From contig DAOUJF010000010.1 in assembly GCA_034423035.1 (NCBI GenBank), forward strand, positions 20,594-84,593: 64,000 bases of DNA, read 5' to 3'. The DNA comes from Dehalococcoidia bacterium. GTDB taxonomy: Bacteria > Chloroflexota > Dehalococcoidia > Lucifugimonadales > VXLM01. Shown here one piece after another: positions 39,014 to 47,429 of this stretch (within the stretch, counting starts at the first letter, position 1; every line of letters begins with the position of its first letter). Below the pieces are notes generated by a model that saw only the letters and a list, made by a program, of their open reading frames with translations, was not told where the DNA came from and searched no databases. Both the position numbers and the translations under genes were made by a program.

Positions 39014-40024
39014 TCACCAACCGTAACGCTCACGGATGTACTCCGCCCAGTCGGACACGGCATCCCCGCACTCGCTTTCAACCGCCTCACGCAGTGTGGT
39101 CGGGGTGACCATCTTGAAAGCGGCGTCGGGGTTCTTCAACGTAGCCCGCATCACTTCATCGACCGTTTTCAAGTCAGGAAACCTCTCGGCCAACGGCGGC
39201 GATGTGATGCGCTCTCTATATGCGGTATTTTCCTCCGGCGCGACGACGACCACTTTCGCGTCCAGGACGCCATGCTCTCGCCCTGCAACCATCTGGTCTC
39301 CCAGGAGGCGGTTGCGCATGAGTTGGTAGAAGGGTTCGTAGAGCAGCTCGTTCATTGGGACTGCGCCATTCTCGGTTCCGAACGATGAGAATATGGTGGA
39401 GTACAAGGGGGAATACCTTGGCCACCGCACTTCTCCTTCACGCCCCCTGCCCATGTAACGACCGCTCCCACCGCTCTCTGTATACTTCCACTCCATGAGG
39501 TAGGCGCGTCGTCCCCTGTCGGTTTCGGCGACCACGAACGAATCGACGCTCGTCTCGAGTTGCCCTCGGCGAGTTCCACCTTCCAGTGACTTGTCGACGC
39601 CAATCCACTCGAAATCGACCGGCGACTGGTTGCCCTTGCCGTCAACAATCTCGATAACGTCCTGCACGTCATTGTCGATTGCGCGAATGACCGCCGTAAG
39701 CGCCCCCTCCACTGAAACCAGCGGAAGCAGGAAGTTCACGCACGCTACTTGTGAACTGACCATATTGCGAGTCGGCACATCGGAGTCGCCGTCAGGCCAC
39801 GTTTTCCCCTTCCACCACGTAATGCCACGGTCTCTAAAAAAATCTAGCGCACCATCCTCACCACGTATATCCGGGTACAGGGTTTCCTCTTGATGACCCG
39901 ATGCCACGAAATAATCGTGTTCGCCTTTGCCGTCGGACAGCTTGCGCCCTTCCGCGCTGATAGTACGCGACGTGCTCCGGAAGTGACTCTGACGTTCCTG
40001 GGCTTCTTCTTTATAGTTCTTCAT
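39014..40024 (-). CDS. hypothetical protein, PD-(D/E)xK nuclease-like (restriction-endonuclease-like fold)
   Basis: 336 aa. Candidate catalytic pattern D-x(n)-E-W-K (DSFVVAETDRGRRAYLMEWKYTE), upstream SSQVACVNFLLPL and downstream YQLMRNRL. Strong SD GGAAGGAG. Fold assignment is by motif only. Confidence 0.45.
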   Translation of the reverse strand: MKNYKEEAQERQSHFRSTSRTISAEGRKLSDGKGEHDYFVASGHQEETLYPDIRGEDGALDFFRDRGITWWKGKTWPDGDSDVPTRNMVSSQVACVNFLLPLVSVEGALTAVIRAIDNDVQDVIEIVDGKGNQSPVDFEWIGVDKSLEGGTRRGQLETSVDSFVVAETDRGRRAYLMEWKYTESGGSGRYMGRGREGEVRWPRYSPLYSTIFSSFGTENGAVPMNELLYEPFYQLMRNRLLGDQMVAGREHGVLDAKVVVVAPEENTAYRERITSPPLAERFPDLKTVDEVMRATLKNPDAAFKMVTPTTLREAVESECGDAVSDWAEYIRERYGW

Positions 40025-40040
40025 CCGCCGCTCCTTCCCC

Positions 40041-40733
40041 TCACCCAGCGTGCGTCAGCATCCTCAGCCTGTCGCCCTCCGTCCAGTACGGCTCCATCTT
40101 GCACAGAAACTCCTGGAACGTCTCTTCCGGCGTCGACTCGGTCGTATCGAGCGTGAACTTGTTGCGTATCGCCGACCGCGCGTACTCCTCATCGAAACGC
40201 TGCAACAAAAGCTCGATGTCCTCATCTCGCACGACCCCGTCCGCGTGCGGCGCGGCCCTCATGCGGCTTCGCACAACGTCCGCCGACGCCCTCATCAGCA
40301 CCAGCACCGTTTCGGGCATGTACTTCACCAGGGCCTGCTCCACGTTCTGCGCCTCCACGCGACGGTCGCCCGGCTCGCCCGGCCTTCCGTACCCGAAATA
40401 CATCGGCGCATAGATCATCTCGTCGATGTGATGGCCGATGTGAAGCCCGCCGAGGGTCATGGAATCCCTGGCCCGGGTCGGAGAGTGATAGTACAGCGTG
40501 TATCGCGTGAACAGCTCCTTCAGCTTCGGCGACATCTCCAAAATCTGTCGCTTCTCCTCCTCGTCGAAGATGATCGAGTCCGGGTCGAGCGGCGGATGCC
40601 CGGAGTTATTCGGCAGCTTGAAATGGTCGTGGAAGATGGTCGTCTGCCCGAAGGCCCCCTTCATCCACTCCTGCAACCCCAGCATCAGCGTGGTGGTCCC
40701 CGTGTACTCGCATCCGATTGCTATGATGTTCAT
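40041..40733 (-). CDS. P-loop kinase/sulfotransferase-like protein with non-canonical loop GCEYTGTTTL (paralog 2)
   Basis: 230 aa; MNIIAIGCEYTGTTTLMLGL. Walker-A-like loop with Thr in place of Lys. Paralogous to 41504-42196 over the full length. Confidence 0.5.
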   Translation of the reverse strand: MNIIAIGCEYTGTTTLMLGLQEWMKGAFGQTTIFHDHFKLPNNSGHPPLDPDSIIFDEEEKRQILEMSPKLKELFTRYTLYYHSPTRARDSMTLGGLHIGHHIDEMIYAPMYFGYGRPGEPGDRRVEAQNVEQALVKYMPETVLVLMRASADVVRSRMRAAPHADGVVRDEDIELLLQRFDEEYARSAIRNKFTLDTTESTPEETFQEFLCKMEPYWTEGDRLRMLTHAG

Positions 40734-40786
40734 CTGCTACCTTTCACTCTCAGAAGACGACTCGTCTTAACTCCACTCGATAACCG

Positions 40787-41497
40787 TCAAAAGGACAAAG
40801 AGGCGACGACACCAAAATGGTCCGACAGCTTCCGTTCTCCGTCATAGTTGCTGATCACCCCAAGGTGCTCGGTTGTCATGTCCTCGCTCACGGCAACATG
40901 GTCAATGCTTCTTCGACCCCGAAAACCTAGCCCTGAAGTTACAATAGTCGCGCGCGAGCCAATGACGGACTGTAGCGCAGCGCTAACGTCGGCTGGCACT
41001 GAACGACCGTGCTGGATTCTCTGGTTGAAGTCTCCAACTACAATGAGACGCTCCAACAGTGTGCATTCAAGCACTTCTGACAGGCCTACCAAATATTGTC
41101 GGTGGTCTTCCCACCTTCCGCGCTTTACTTCGGTTCCGCGCACCCGAGAATTCGCCCACGGGATGCACACTCCCATGACGGTCAACGCTCCCTCCGAAGT
41201 CTGAGTAATGCCCGACACGAATCGTCCGGGCGGCATCATGTCACTCCCCAAGTCATCGACTTGCTCCCACGGCTCTCGTGACCAAAGTAACACTTTCCGG
41301 CGGTCCTCCCTGACTCCATACCCATAGTCAGGATGTGAAAAGATCGCGTGTCCATCCTTTGGCAACAGCCCAATATGCGTCTCGGTAAGGCAGATGATCG
41401 AAGGATTGTGTTGTCTGATGCGGTTCAGGATTTCCGGGCTCCGCTTTGAACGTGGCGTCGCCCATTCAACATTCCAGTTCACCAGTGTCGCTGCCAC
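40787..41497 (-). CDS. endonuclease/exonuclease/phosphatase (EEP) family protein
   Basis: WNVEW (N..E), ICLTE, VVGDFN, SIDH, LSDH: all EEP catalytic motifs are present. GTG start. By eye lower GC than the flanking paralogs. Confidence 0.8.
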   Translation of the reverse strand: MAATLVNWNVEWATPRSKRSPEILNRIRQHNPSIICLTETHIGLLPKDGHAIFSHPDYGYGVREDRRKVLLWSREPWEQVDDLGSDMMPPGRFVSGITQTSEGALTVMGVCIPWANSRVRGTEVKRGRWEDHRQYLVGLSEVLECTLLERLIVVGDFNQRIQHGRSVPADVSAALQSVIGSRATIVTSGLGFRGRRSIDHVAVSEDMTTEHLGVISNYDGERKLSDHFGVVASLSF

Positions 41498-41503
41498 GAT
41501 GCG

Positions 41504-42196
41504 CTAACCGATCGCCCCCTGCACCACCATCCTCCGCCTGTCCTCGATCGTCAGATGCTCCCGGAGCGCTGACTGAAGCTCGTCCACGCTCTCCTCAACC
41601 GTCGCCTCCGACGTGTCGATTTCGATCTTCGTGTGGATGACCGACCGCTCGAACTCCGTCTCGAAGTCCGCCAACACCGGTTCGATATCCTTCTTCTGCA
41701 CGATGGAGAACGGGTGTGGGTTCGCGGCCATTCGCTCCGCTATTACGTCCGGCGAGGCCTTGACGCAGACGAGCACGGTGTCCGGCGCCTGCTCGATGAA
41801 CTCAGTCTCGAGATGCCGGGCGTACTTCGTGCGCAGCCCCCCCTGCGGCTCCTCCTCGTGCCCGTAGCCGAAGAAGGGCGCGGCATACACCGCGTCCTCG
41901 ATGTGGAACCCGACGACGATGTAGTCGTCGGCCATGCGCGAGTTGGGCATGTGGTAGTTCATGCTCTGCCGCTGCGCCATCTCCTTCATCTTGGGCGTCC
42001 ACGCCATGATCTGTCGCAATTCCTCGTCGGTCAGAGGCTCGGCCGGCGGCCCAATGCGGTAGGACGCAATATGGGGAATCTTGAAGTGGTCGTGGATTTC
42101 CTGCGTCCCCCCCAACGTTGTGCGCGCCCACTCCGCTATTCCGTTGGCAAGTGTCGTCGTTCCCGAGTATTCGCATCCGGCTATGATGAGGTTCAT
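41504..42196 (-). CDS. P-loop kinase/sulfotransferase-like protein with non-canonical loop GCEYSGTTTL (paralog 1)
   Basis: 230 aa; MNLIIAGCEYSGTTTLANGI. Shares HDHFK, YFGYG, P.TVLV, AS.DV..RM.A.PH and DR.RM blocks with 40041-40733. The start overlaps the upstream stop by 1 nt. Confidence 0.5.
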   Translation of the reverse strand: MNLIIAGCEYSGTTTLANGIAEWARTTLGGTQEIHDHFKIPHIASYRIGPPAEPLTDEELRQIMAWTPKMKEMAQRQSMNYHMPNSRMADDYIVVGFHIEDAVYAAPFFGYGHEEEPQGGLRTKYARHLETEFIEQAPDTVLVCVKASPDVIAERMAANPHPFSIVQKKDIEPVLADFETEFERSVIHTKIEIDTSEATVEESVDELQSALREHLTIEDRRRMVVQGAIG

Positions 42197-42900
42197 TAGT
42201 CGTCCTGTGTCGTCTTGAAGATTTCCTGGAATTCCAGACCCGTCTGTTTCGTGATGCCGCTGGCGAGGTAGTATAGCGCAAACCCCAAGATAGTTATCGA
42301 CGGCACCGTGATGACCGGAAAGCTCAGCGCCGTCATCCGCCCAAGCTCCTCGTTGAATGCCGTCGTCCCCGGCTCACTCACGACCACAACACGCGCAAGC
42401 ACATAGTTCAGCACCGTCGAGACCAGCAGACCGAACGCGATCATGTACGTGGCCACGTCCACCCGCTGCTCATACGCATCGACGCTCTGCCTCTGGTTGA
42501 GCGCCTCATAGACCCGCTCGACGTTGACGACTTTGTGCATGATCGACTTGACGAGCGGGTAGGGCGTTCGCATCGACACCACCACCGCTACGCAGATGAT
42601 GAACGGGATCGCCGCCTCCTTGATCGCCAGCCACTCCACCGGCAGTTTCAGCAGTCCGATGCCGCCCGTCAGAAGCACGCTCGCGAACCCCAGCATCGAG
42701 TACGGGTTGAACCCCCGCCGCACGATGAAGTCGTACAGCCCATATCCCACCGGAAACGCCAGCGCCAGCAACAGCCCGTTCACCGGCCCCAACTGGTCCT
42801 CACCGCTGAACCGCACCAGGATAATCACCGGTATGACGATGTTCACCGCCAAACTAACCAGCGGATTCTCCCGTCGACTCTTCTTCCCTTCCGTGCTCAT
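42196..42900 (-). CDS. polytopic inner-membrane protein (family uncertain; YciB/VC0807-like by eye)
   Basis: 234 aa. Basic N-terminus, then about 6 hydrophobic segments. GGAGG upstream of ATG 42900. A TACAAT -10-like box lies at 42926-42931 (minus strand). Confidence 0.5.
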   Translation of the reverse strand: MSTEGKKSRRENPLVSLAVNIVIPVIILVRFSGEDQLGPVNGLLLALAFPVGYGLYDFIVRRGFNPYSMLGFASVLLTGGIGLLKLPVEWLAIKEAAIPFIICVAVVVSMRTPYPLVKSIMHKVVNVERVYEALNQRQSVDAYEQRVDVATYMIAFGLLVSTVLNYVLARVVVVSEPGTTAFNEELGRMTALSFPVITVPSITILGFALYYLASGITKQTGLEFQEIFKTTQDD

Positions 42901-43011
42901 CGCTCCTCCAACAAACAGAGTAACGATTGTAGAGCCGCACGACCGATTACGCCACTGGTACCGTCACTCCACTGAGAATAGTCCCCGGCCAACCGATAAC
43001 ATCCCCACACC

Positions 43012-43038
43012 GTCATTCCAGCGGAGGCAGGAATCCAT
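43012..43038 (+). repeat. REP-like hairpin, family A
   Basis: gtcattccagcggaggcaggaatccat. Confidence 0.75.
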
Positions 43039-43183
43039 CTTCGGCGCCTCGCCGTCAGTCTCTCAGGAAACGGAGAGACCAACGCCATTTTCATTCCAAG
43101 TGATGAGAGTGGCGACCCTCATGAAATATCCCGAACGTAGCCCCTCCAGACCCATCATTCCGAACGCGCACTCCACCACATCT

Positions 43184-43222
43184 GTCATTCCGAACGTAGC
43201 AAAGCGAAGTGAGGAATCTTAA
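43184..43222 (+). repeat. REP-like hairpin, family A'
   Basis: gtcattccgaacgtagcaaagcgaagtgaggaatcttaa. Inverted partner at 43284-43314. Confidence 0.7.
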
Positions 43223-43283
43223 ATCCCTGCCGTCCAAGCGGAGTCTCGTAGCTGGAACGGCCTGGATGACGACGGCAGAACAT

Positions 43284-43314
43284 CTTAGATTCCTCGCGGT
43301 GCTCGGAATGACAG
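43284..43314 (-). repeat. REP-like hairpin, family A', inverted partner
   Basis: cttagattcctcgcggtgctcggaatgacag. Confidence 0.7.
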
Positions 43315-43365
43315 AGTGCTTTGCTGTAATGACAGAACGTGGTGCTGCAAAGACGAACGCCCCGC

Positions 43366-44673
43366 CTAGAACACCGACTCCGGCCAGTCGGTCATCTGCA
43401 CAGTAACGACCTCTCCCGCCTCCTTGACCGGATCGTCCTCAGGGCAGATGGCAAGCCCGTTGGCGCGGGACATCGAGGTGAGCACGTTCGAGCCTTGCTT
43501 GCCCGTCAGCTTGGCGTAGTACGTGCCGTTTCGCTTAGTGACGATAGCCCTCGCGTAGACGCGCCGCGAGTCGGGGTTGTGGATCGGCTCCTCCAACACG
43601 GCCTGGACCGTGGGACGCTCGAAATCGTCCCGTCCCATCATCTTGTAGAGAGCCGGCCTACCCAGCTGCTCGAAAGCAACCAACGAACTGACGGGGTTTC
43701 CCGGAAGTCCGAGCAACGGCACCTGCCTCCCGCCGTCGCCTGAGAGCATCCCGAAGGCCAGCGGCTTGGCCGGGCGCATTCGCACCGACCACAGCTCTAT
43801 CTTGCCGTGCTGCGCGAGCACGTCCTTGACGAGGTCGTAATCGCCCTTCGAGACCCCAGCGGTTGAGATGACGACGTCCGCCTCTGCCATGCCTGCTTGG
43901 AGAGCAGCGGAGATCGACTCGACCGTGTCGCGCGCGATGCCGAGCCGCTTGGGAATCCCGCCCGCCGCATGCACGGCAGCCGCCACGCCGTAGCTGTTGG
44001 AGTTGTATATCTTGCCGGGCTGGTACGGCTCCGACGGTTCGATGAGCTCGTTTCCCGTTGCGAGAATCGCCGCGACCGGACGCCTGATGACCTTTACCGA
44101 TCCGAAGCCCAACGATGCGAGAACACCGATCTCGGACGCGCGCAGGACCGTGCCGGCCTCGATGACCGTGGTTCCCGCCGCTATGTCACCACCCGCGGGC
44201 CGGATGTTGCCGCCCGGCGGCACGGGTATTCGCACGGAAATCTCGTCCGGCGTCCTGCCGCCCACGCCACGCTCGTCCTCGTCGGTGTCTTCGAAAGGAA
44301 CCACTGCGTCGGCCCCTTCGGGCACCGGAGCTCCCGTCATTATCCGAATGGCGCCACCCGGCTGAACGCTGGTGGTCGGCACGTCGCCCGCGGCTATCGT
44401 CCCGGTTACCTTCAGCGTCACCGGCGCGTCGGGATGGGCGTCTTCGATGTCCCCCGCTTGGAGGGCGTATCCGTCCATCGCCGAGTTGTCCCAGGGCGGT
44501 ACGTCGAACTTGCCCTCGATGTCCTCGGTCACAGCCTGTCCGAGCGCGTCGGCAATCGGGCGCTCTTCCGTTCCAAGCTGTGAGAAGAAACCGAGAATGC
44601 GCTCCCGCGCATCCTCTACGGAGATCATGTCCGCATGGCGATGTCCGTGCAGATGTTCCCGATGTTTACCCAA
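43366..44673 (-). CDS. moeA: molybdopterin molybdenumtransferase
   Basis: Full MoeA sequence (ISVEDARERIL.., GDYD, PGNPVSS). TTG 44673 has AAGGAG 8 nt upstream and adds MGKHREHLHGHRHAD. Alternative ATG 44628 lacks an SD. Confidence 0.9.
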   Translation of the reverse strand: MGKHREHLHGHRHADMISVEDARERILGFFSQLGTEERPIADALGQAVTEDIEGKFDVPPWDNSAMDGYALQAGDIEDAHPDAPVTLKVTGTIAAGDVPTTSVQPGGAIRIMTGAPVPEGADAVVPFEDTDEDERGVGGRTPDEISVRIPVPPGGNIRPAGGDIAAGTTVIEAGTVLRASEIGVLASLGFGSVKVIRRPVAAILATGNELIEPSEPYQPGKIYNSNSYGVAAAVHAAGGIPKRLGIARDTVESISAALQAGMAEADVVISTAGVSKGDYDLVKDVLAQHGKIELWSVRMRPAKPLAFGMLSGDGGRQVPLLGLPGNPVSSLVAFEQLGRPALYKMMGRDDFERPTVQAVLEEPIHNPDSRRVYARAIVTKRNGTYYAKLTGKQGSNVLTSMSRANGLAICPEDDPVKEAGEVVTVQMTDWPESVF

Positions 44674-44705
44674 CCGTTAGTCTCCTTGCCGTTCTCTTCT
44701 CAGAT

Positions 44706-44753
44706 GGTGTCCCGTTAGACATAGAAACTGGTGTCCCGTTAGAAGTAGAAACC
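44706..44753 (+). repeat. tandem direct repeat, 2 x 24 nt, in the moeA upstream region
   Basis: ggtgtcccgttagacatagaaact / ggtgtcccgttagaagtagaaacc (21 of 24 identical by hand), 33-80 nt upstream of the moeA TTG start. Confidence 0.7.
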
Positions 44754-44812
44754 GTTCGTGGTGAGCTTGTCGAACCATGAACGGCGCGTTGACCCTTCGA
44801 CTGGCTCAGAGC
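44752..44812 (+). repeat. REP-like element, family B (both units)
   Basis: ccgttcgtggtgagcttgtcgaaccatgaacggcgcgttgacccttcgactggctcagagc. Confidence 0.75.
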
Positions 44813-44883
44813 TTGCCCCGCACTTGATACGGGGGCGAACGGACTTCTCTTGAACATCCTCTAAGTCCCTGCCAGTACGGTAC

Positions 44884-47313
44884 TCACTCGCCGCGCAGCG
44901 TCGCGCCCACCTCGCGTTCGAGCTGTCTCATGATGTCGCCGCGCGCCTTGTCCACAAGGTCGCCGGTGAGCGTCGAGCGGTCGGACTGGAATGTCACACG
45001 ATAGGCAACAGACCGTTTGCCCTGAGGAACTCCCTCGCCCGAATACAGGTCGAAAGGGGCGCTCTTCTTCACGAGACGGTGACGGTTAATGATGGTCTGG
45101 ATCCGTGATGACGGAACGTCGACGTCGACGAGAATGGCGATGTCCTGCTCAGCCTCAGGGTACCTGCTGATGGGGGAGTACTGCACAGAAACTCTACCGG
45201 CTGCGGCGTACACCGCACCCAAGTCGATCTCGAACAGCGCCACACTCTCTTCGTCGAGATCGAAGCGCGCGAGGACCCTGGGATGCACCTCGCCAATAGT
45301 GCCTACCGGCTTGTTCCCGCAGAAGACACTCGCAGTCTTGCCTGGAAGCAGGATGGAATCGGTGTCCGCCTCATAGTTCTCCGACACTCCGATCTGAGAG
45401 AAGACCGTCTCCAGGACACCCTTGGCGTCGAAGAAGTCCATGTCGCCCTCAGGCACGAGCCACGAAGCCTCCGAACGCGGACCGGAGAGAACGCCCACGA
45501 GCATTTCCTTCTCGTCCGGCAGGTCGCGCTCCTTTGCCTCCTCCTTGGGCAGATAGACCGCGCCGATCTCGAAGAGGCGCAGTCCCTCTCCGCGTGACAT
45601 CCTTCGGTTGAAGGAGAGCGTCTGCAGCACCCCTGAGCGCAGCGTCGTCCGCATGTGAGAGAGATCGCTGCTCATTGGATTCGACAGTTTCAGCGGAGCT
45701 TCCGGTTCCTCCGTTGGCGTCTCGACCTTCTCAAGCGCCTCAAGGCTGGTGGCCGAATAGGAGATCGTCTCCTGCATTCCCGCCGACACCAATGCGTCCC
45801 GGACACGCTCTCTCACCACTCGCTCGGCATTTGGCTGGTGGTGTGGTATCTCAGTCGACATCAATGTCGCGGGCACGTCGTCATAGCCAACGATTCGCGC
45901 GACCTCTTCGACGAGGTCCTCCGCAATGGTGATGTCCGCCCGCCAGTAGGGGCATTGGACTTCCAGCGAGTCCCCGTCTCGCGTCGTCTCGAATCCCAGC
46001 GATGTCAGCACCCGGTCTATCGTATCGATGGAAATGCCGGTGCCCAGGACTCGCCTGAACTGTTCAGGTCCAATGGTCAGCGTTGGCGGCGTCTTGACCA
46101 CGGGAAATACGTCGATGATCCCCTTTGCCGCGACACCCCCCGCCAGTTCGAGCGTCAAAGCCGTAGCACGCCGCAGCGCGCGTGGGACGAGGTCCTGCCG
46201 GATGCCGCGCTCGAACCGGTAGGACGCCTCCGTCCTCATGCCCAGACCGGTGGCAGTGTTTCGCGTGTTGTTCGCATCGAAGTTCGCCGACTCTATAAGG
46301 ACGTTGGTCGTCGAATCGCCGACCTCGGTGTTCAGACCGCCCATCACGCCCGCCAGTGCTATGGCGTCCTGCGAGTCTGCGATAGTCAGCATCGGAGGTT
46401 CGAGGGTGCGCTGCTCTTCGTCCAGCGTGGTGAACTTCTCACCGGACCGTGCGGCCCTTATGATGACCGTCGAGTCGCCTATGGTGTCGCAGTCAAAGGC
46501 GTGCAGCGGCTGACCGTACTCCATCATGACGAAGTTCGTCACGTCGACGATGTTGTTGATCGGACGCATCCCCACACTGTTGAGGGCATCCTGCAGCCAC
46601 TGCGGCGAAGGGCCAACCGTGACCCCACGGATCAGACTCGCGCCGTATCGAGAGCAAAGATCAGGGTCGGCGATTTCAATCGTTATGTCCCGCTCGATGG
46701 GATCGCCGTCCTCCGGGTACGTCGCGTCGGGTTCGGTGACCGTACCGCCCGTGAGGGCGGCCACCTCGTGCGCAACTCCCAGAATCGAGAGACAGTCGGG
46801 CCGGTTCGGGGTCACGTCGGCGTCCAGAACGGCGTCGCCGAGGTAGTCCACCAACGGCATTCCGACGGGTGCGTCGTCCGGGAGCACCAATATGCCATCG
46901 TGGTCGTCGCCGAGGCCCAACTCGACCTCCGAGCACACCATTCCGGCCGACTCGACGCCCCGTATCTTCGACTTCTTCAGGGCCTGCGTCTTACCCGTCC
47001 TGGTGCTGTGCAGCATGGCTCCGGCGTGGGCGAACGCGATCTTCTGACCGGCGGCAAGGTTCGGCCCGCCGCAGACCACCTGGATAGTCTCGCCGCCGCC
47101 GAGATCAAGGGTCGGCACCGTCAGCCGGTCGGCGTTCGGGTGACGGTCGAGGGCTGTGACGTGGCCCACGACCACCTTGTCGCGTCCCCAGTCGGCCCCG
47201 ACCTCGCGCACCTCGTCGATCTCCAGCCCGGCCATGGTCAGCTTATGCGCCAACTCCTGCGCCGGCATGTCGACCGGCACGTAGCGCTTCAGCCAGGATA
47301 TGGGTATCAGCAT
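44884..47313 (-). CDS. pheT: phenylalanyl-tRNA synthetase beta subunit
   Basis: 809 aa, full PheT architecture (tRNA-binding N-terminus, B3/4, B5, FDX-ACB). Confidence 0.95.
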   Translation of the reverse strand: MLIPISWLKRYVPVDMPAQELAHKLTMAGLEIDEVREVGADWGRDKVVVGHVTALDRHPNADRLTVPTLDLGGGETIQVVCGGPNLAAGQKIAFAHAGAMLHSTRTGKTQALKKSKIRGVESAGMVCSEVELGLGDDHDGILVLPDDAPVGMPLVDYLGDAVLDADVTPNRPDCLSILGVAHEVAALTGGTVTEPDATYPEDGDPIERDITIEIADPDLCSRYGASLIRGVTVGPSPQWLQDALNSVGMRPINNIVDVTNFVMMEYGQPLHAFDCDTIGDSTVIIRAARSGEKFTTLDEEQRTLEPPMLTIADSQDAIALAGVMGGLNTEVGDSTTNVLIESANFDANNTRNTATGLGMRTEASYRFERGIRQDLVPRALRRATALTLELAGGVAAKGIIDVFPVVKTPPTLTIGPEQFRRVLGTGISIDTIDRVLTSLGFETTRDGDSLEVQCPYWRADITIAEDLVEEVARIVGYDDVPATLMSTEIPHHQPNAERVVRERVRDALVSAGMQETISYSATSLEALEKVETPTEEPEAPLKLSNPMSSDLSHMRTTLRSGVLQTLSFNRRMSRGEGLRLFEIGAVYLPKEEAKERDLPDEKEMLVGVLSGPRSEASWLVPEGDMDFFDAKGVLETVFSQIGVSENYEADTDSILLPGKTASVFCGNKPVGTIGEVHPRVLARFDLDEESVALFEIDLGAVYAAAGRVSVQYSPISRYPEAEQDIAILVDVDVPSSRIQTIINRHRLVKKSAPFDLYSGEGVPQGKRSVAYRVTFQSDRSTLTGDLVDKARGDIMRQLEREVGATLRGE

Positions 47314-47334
47314 CTAGGACCTCGGAATATCCCT

Positions 47335-47361
47335 GTCATTCCCGCGTAGGCGGGAATCCAG
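47335..47361 (+). repeat. REP-like hairpin, family A
   Basis: gtcattcccgcgtaggcgggaatccag, within the pheS-pheT spacer. Confidence 0.75.
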
Positions 47362-47401
47362 AGCGGGTGGCGTGTCGGATTGTGAGTAAGGTGAGTAAGA
47401 G

Positions 47402-47429
47402 TGGATTCCCGCGTTCGCGGGAATGACGG
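47402..47429 (-). repeat. REP-like hairpin, family A, inverted copy
   Basis: tggattcccgcgttcgcgggaatgacgg, within the pheS-pheT spacer. Confidence 0.75.

Noticed and set aside
37871-40847. Long plus-strand ORFs 37871-38932 (353 aa) and 40050-40847 (265 aa) opposite the candidate operon
   Set aside because: Pro/Arg-rich nonsense translations. The minus-strand genes have clear catalytic motifs (PP-loop, EEP motifs) and SD sites, so the plus-strand frames are not coding.
45655-47349. 564-aa ORF on the plus strand
   Set aside because: Entirely antisense to pheT, which has unambiguous full-length homology. The translation is Arg/Gly/His-rich low-complexity sequence typical of stop-free antisense frames in GC-rich DNA.
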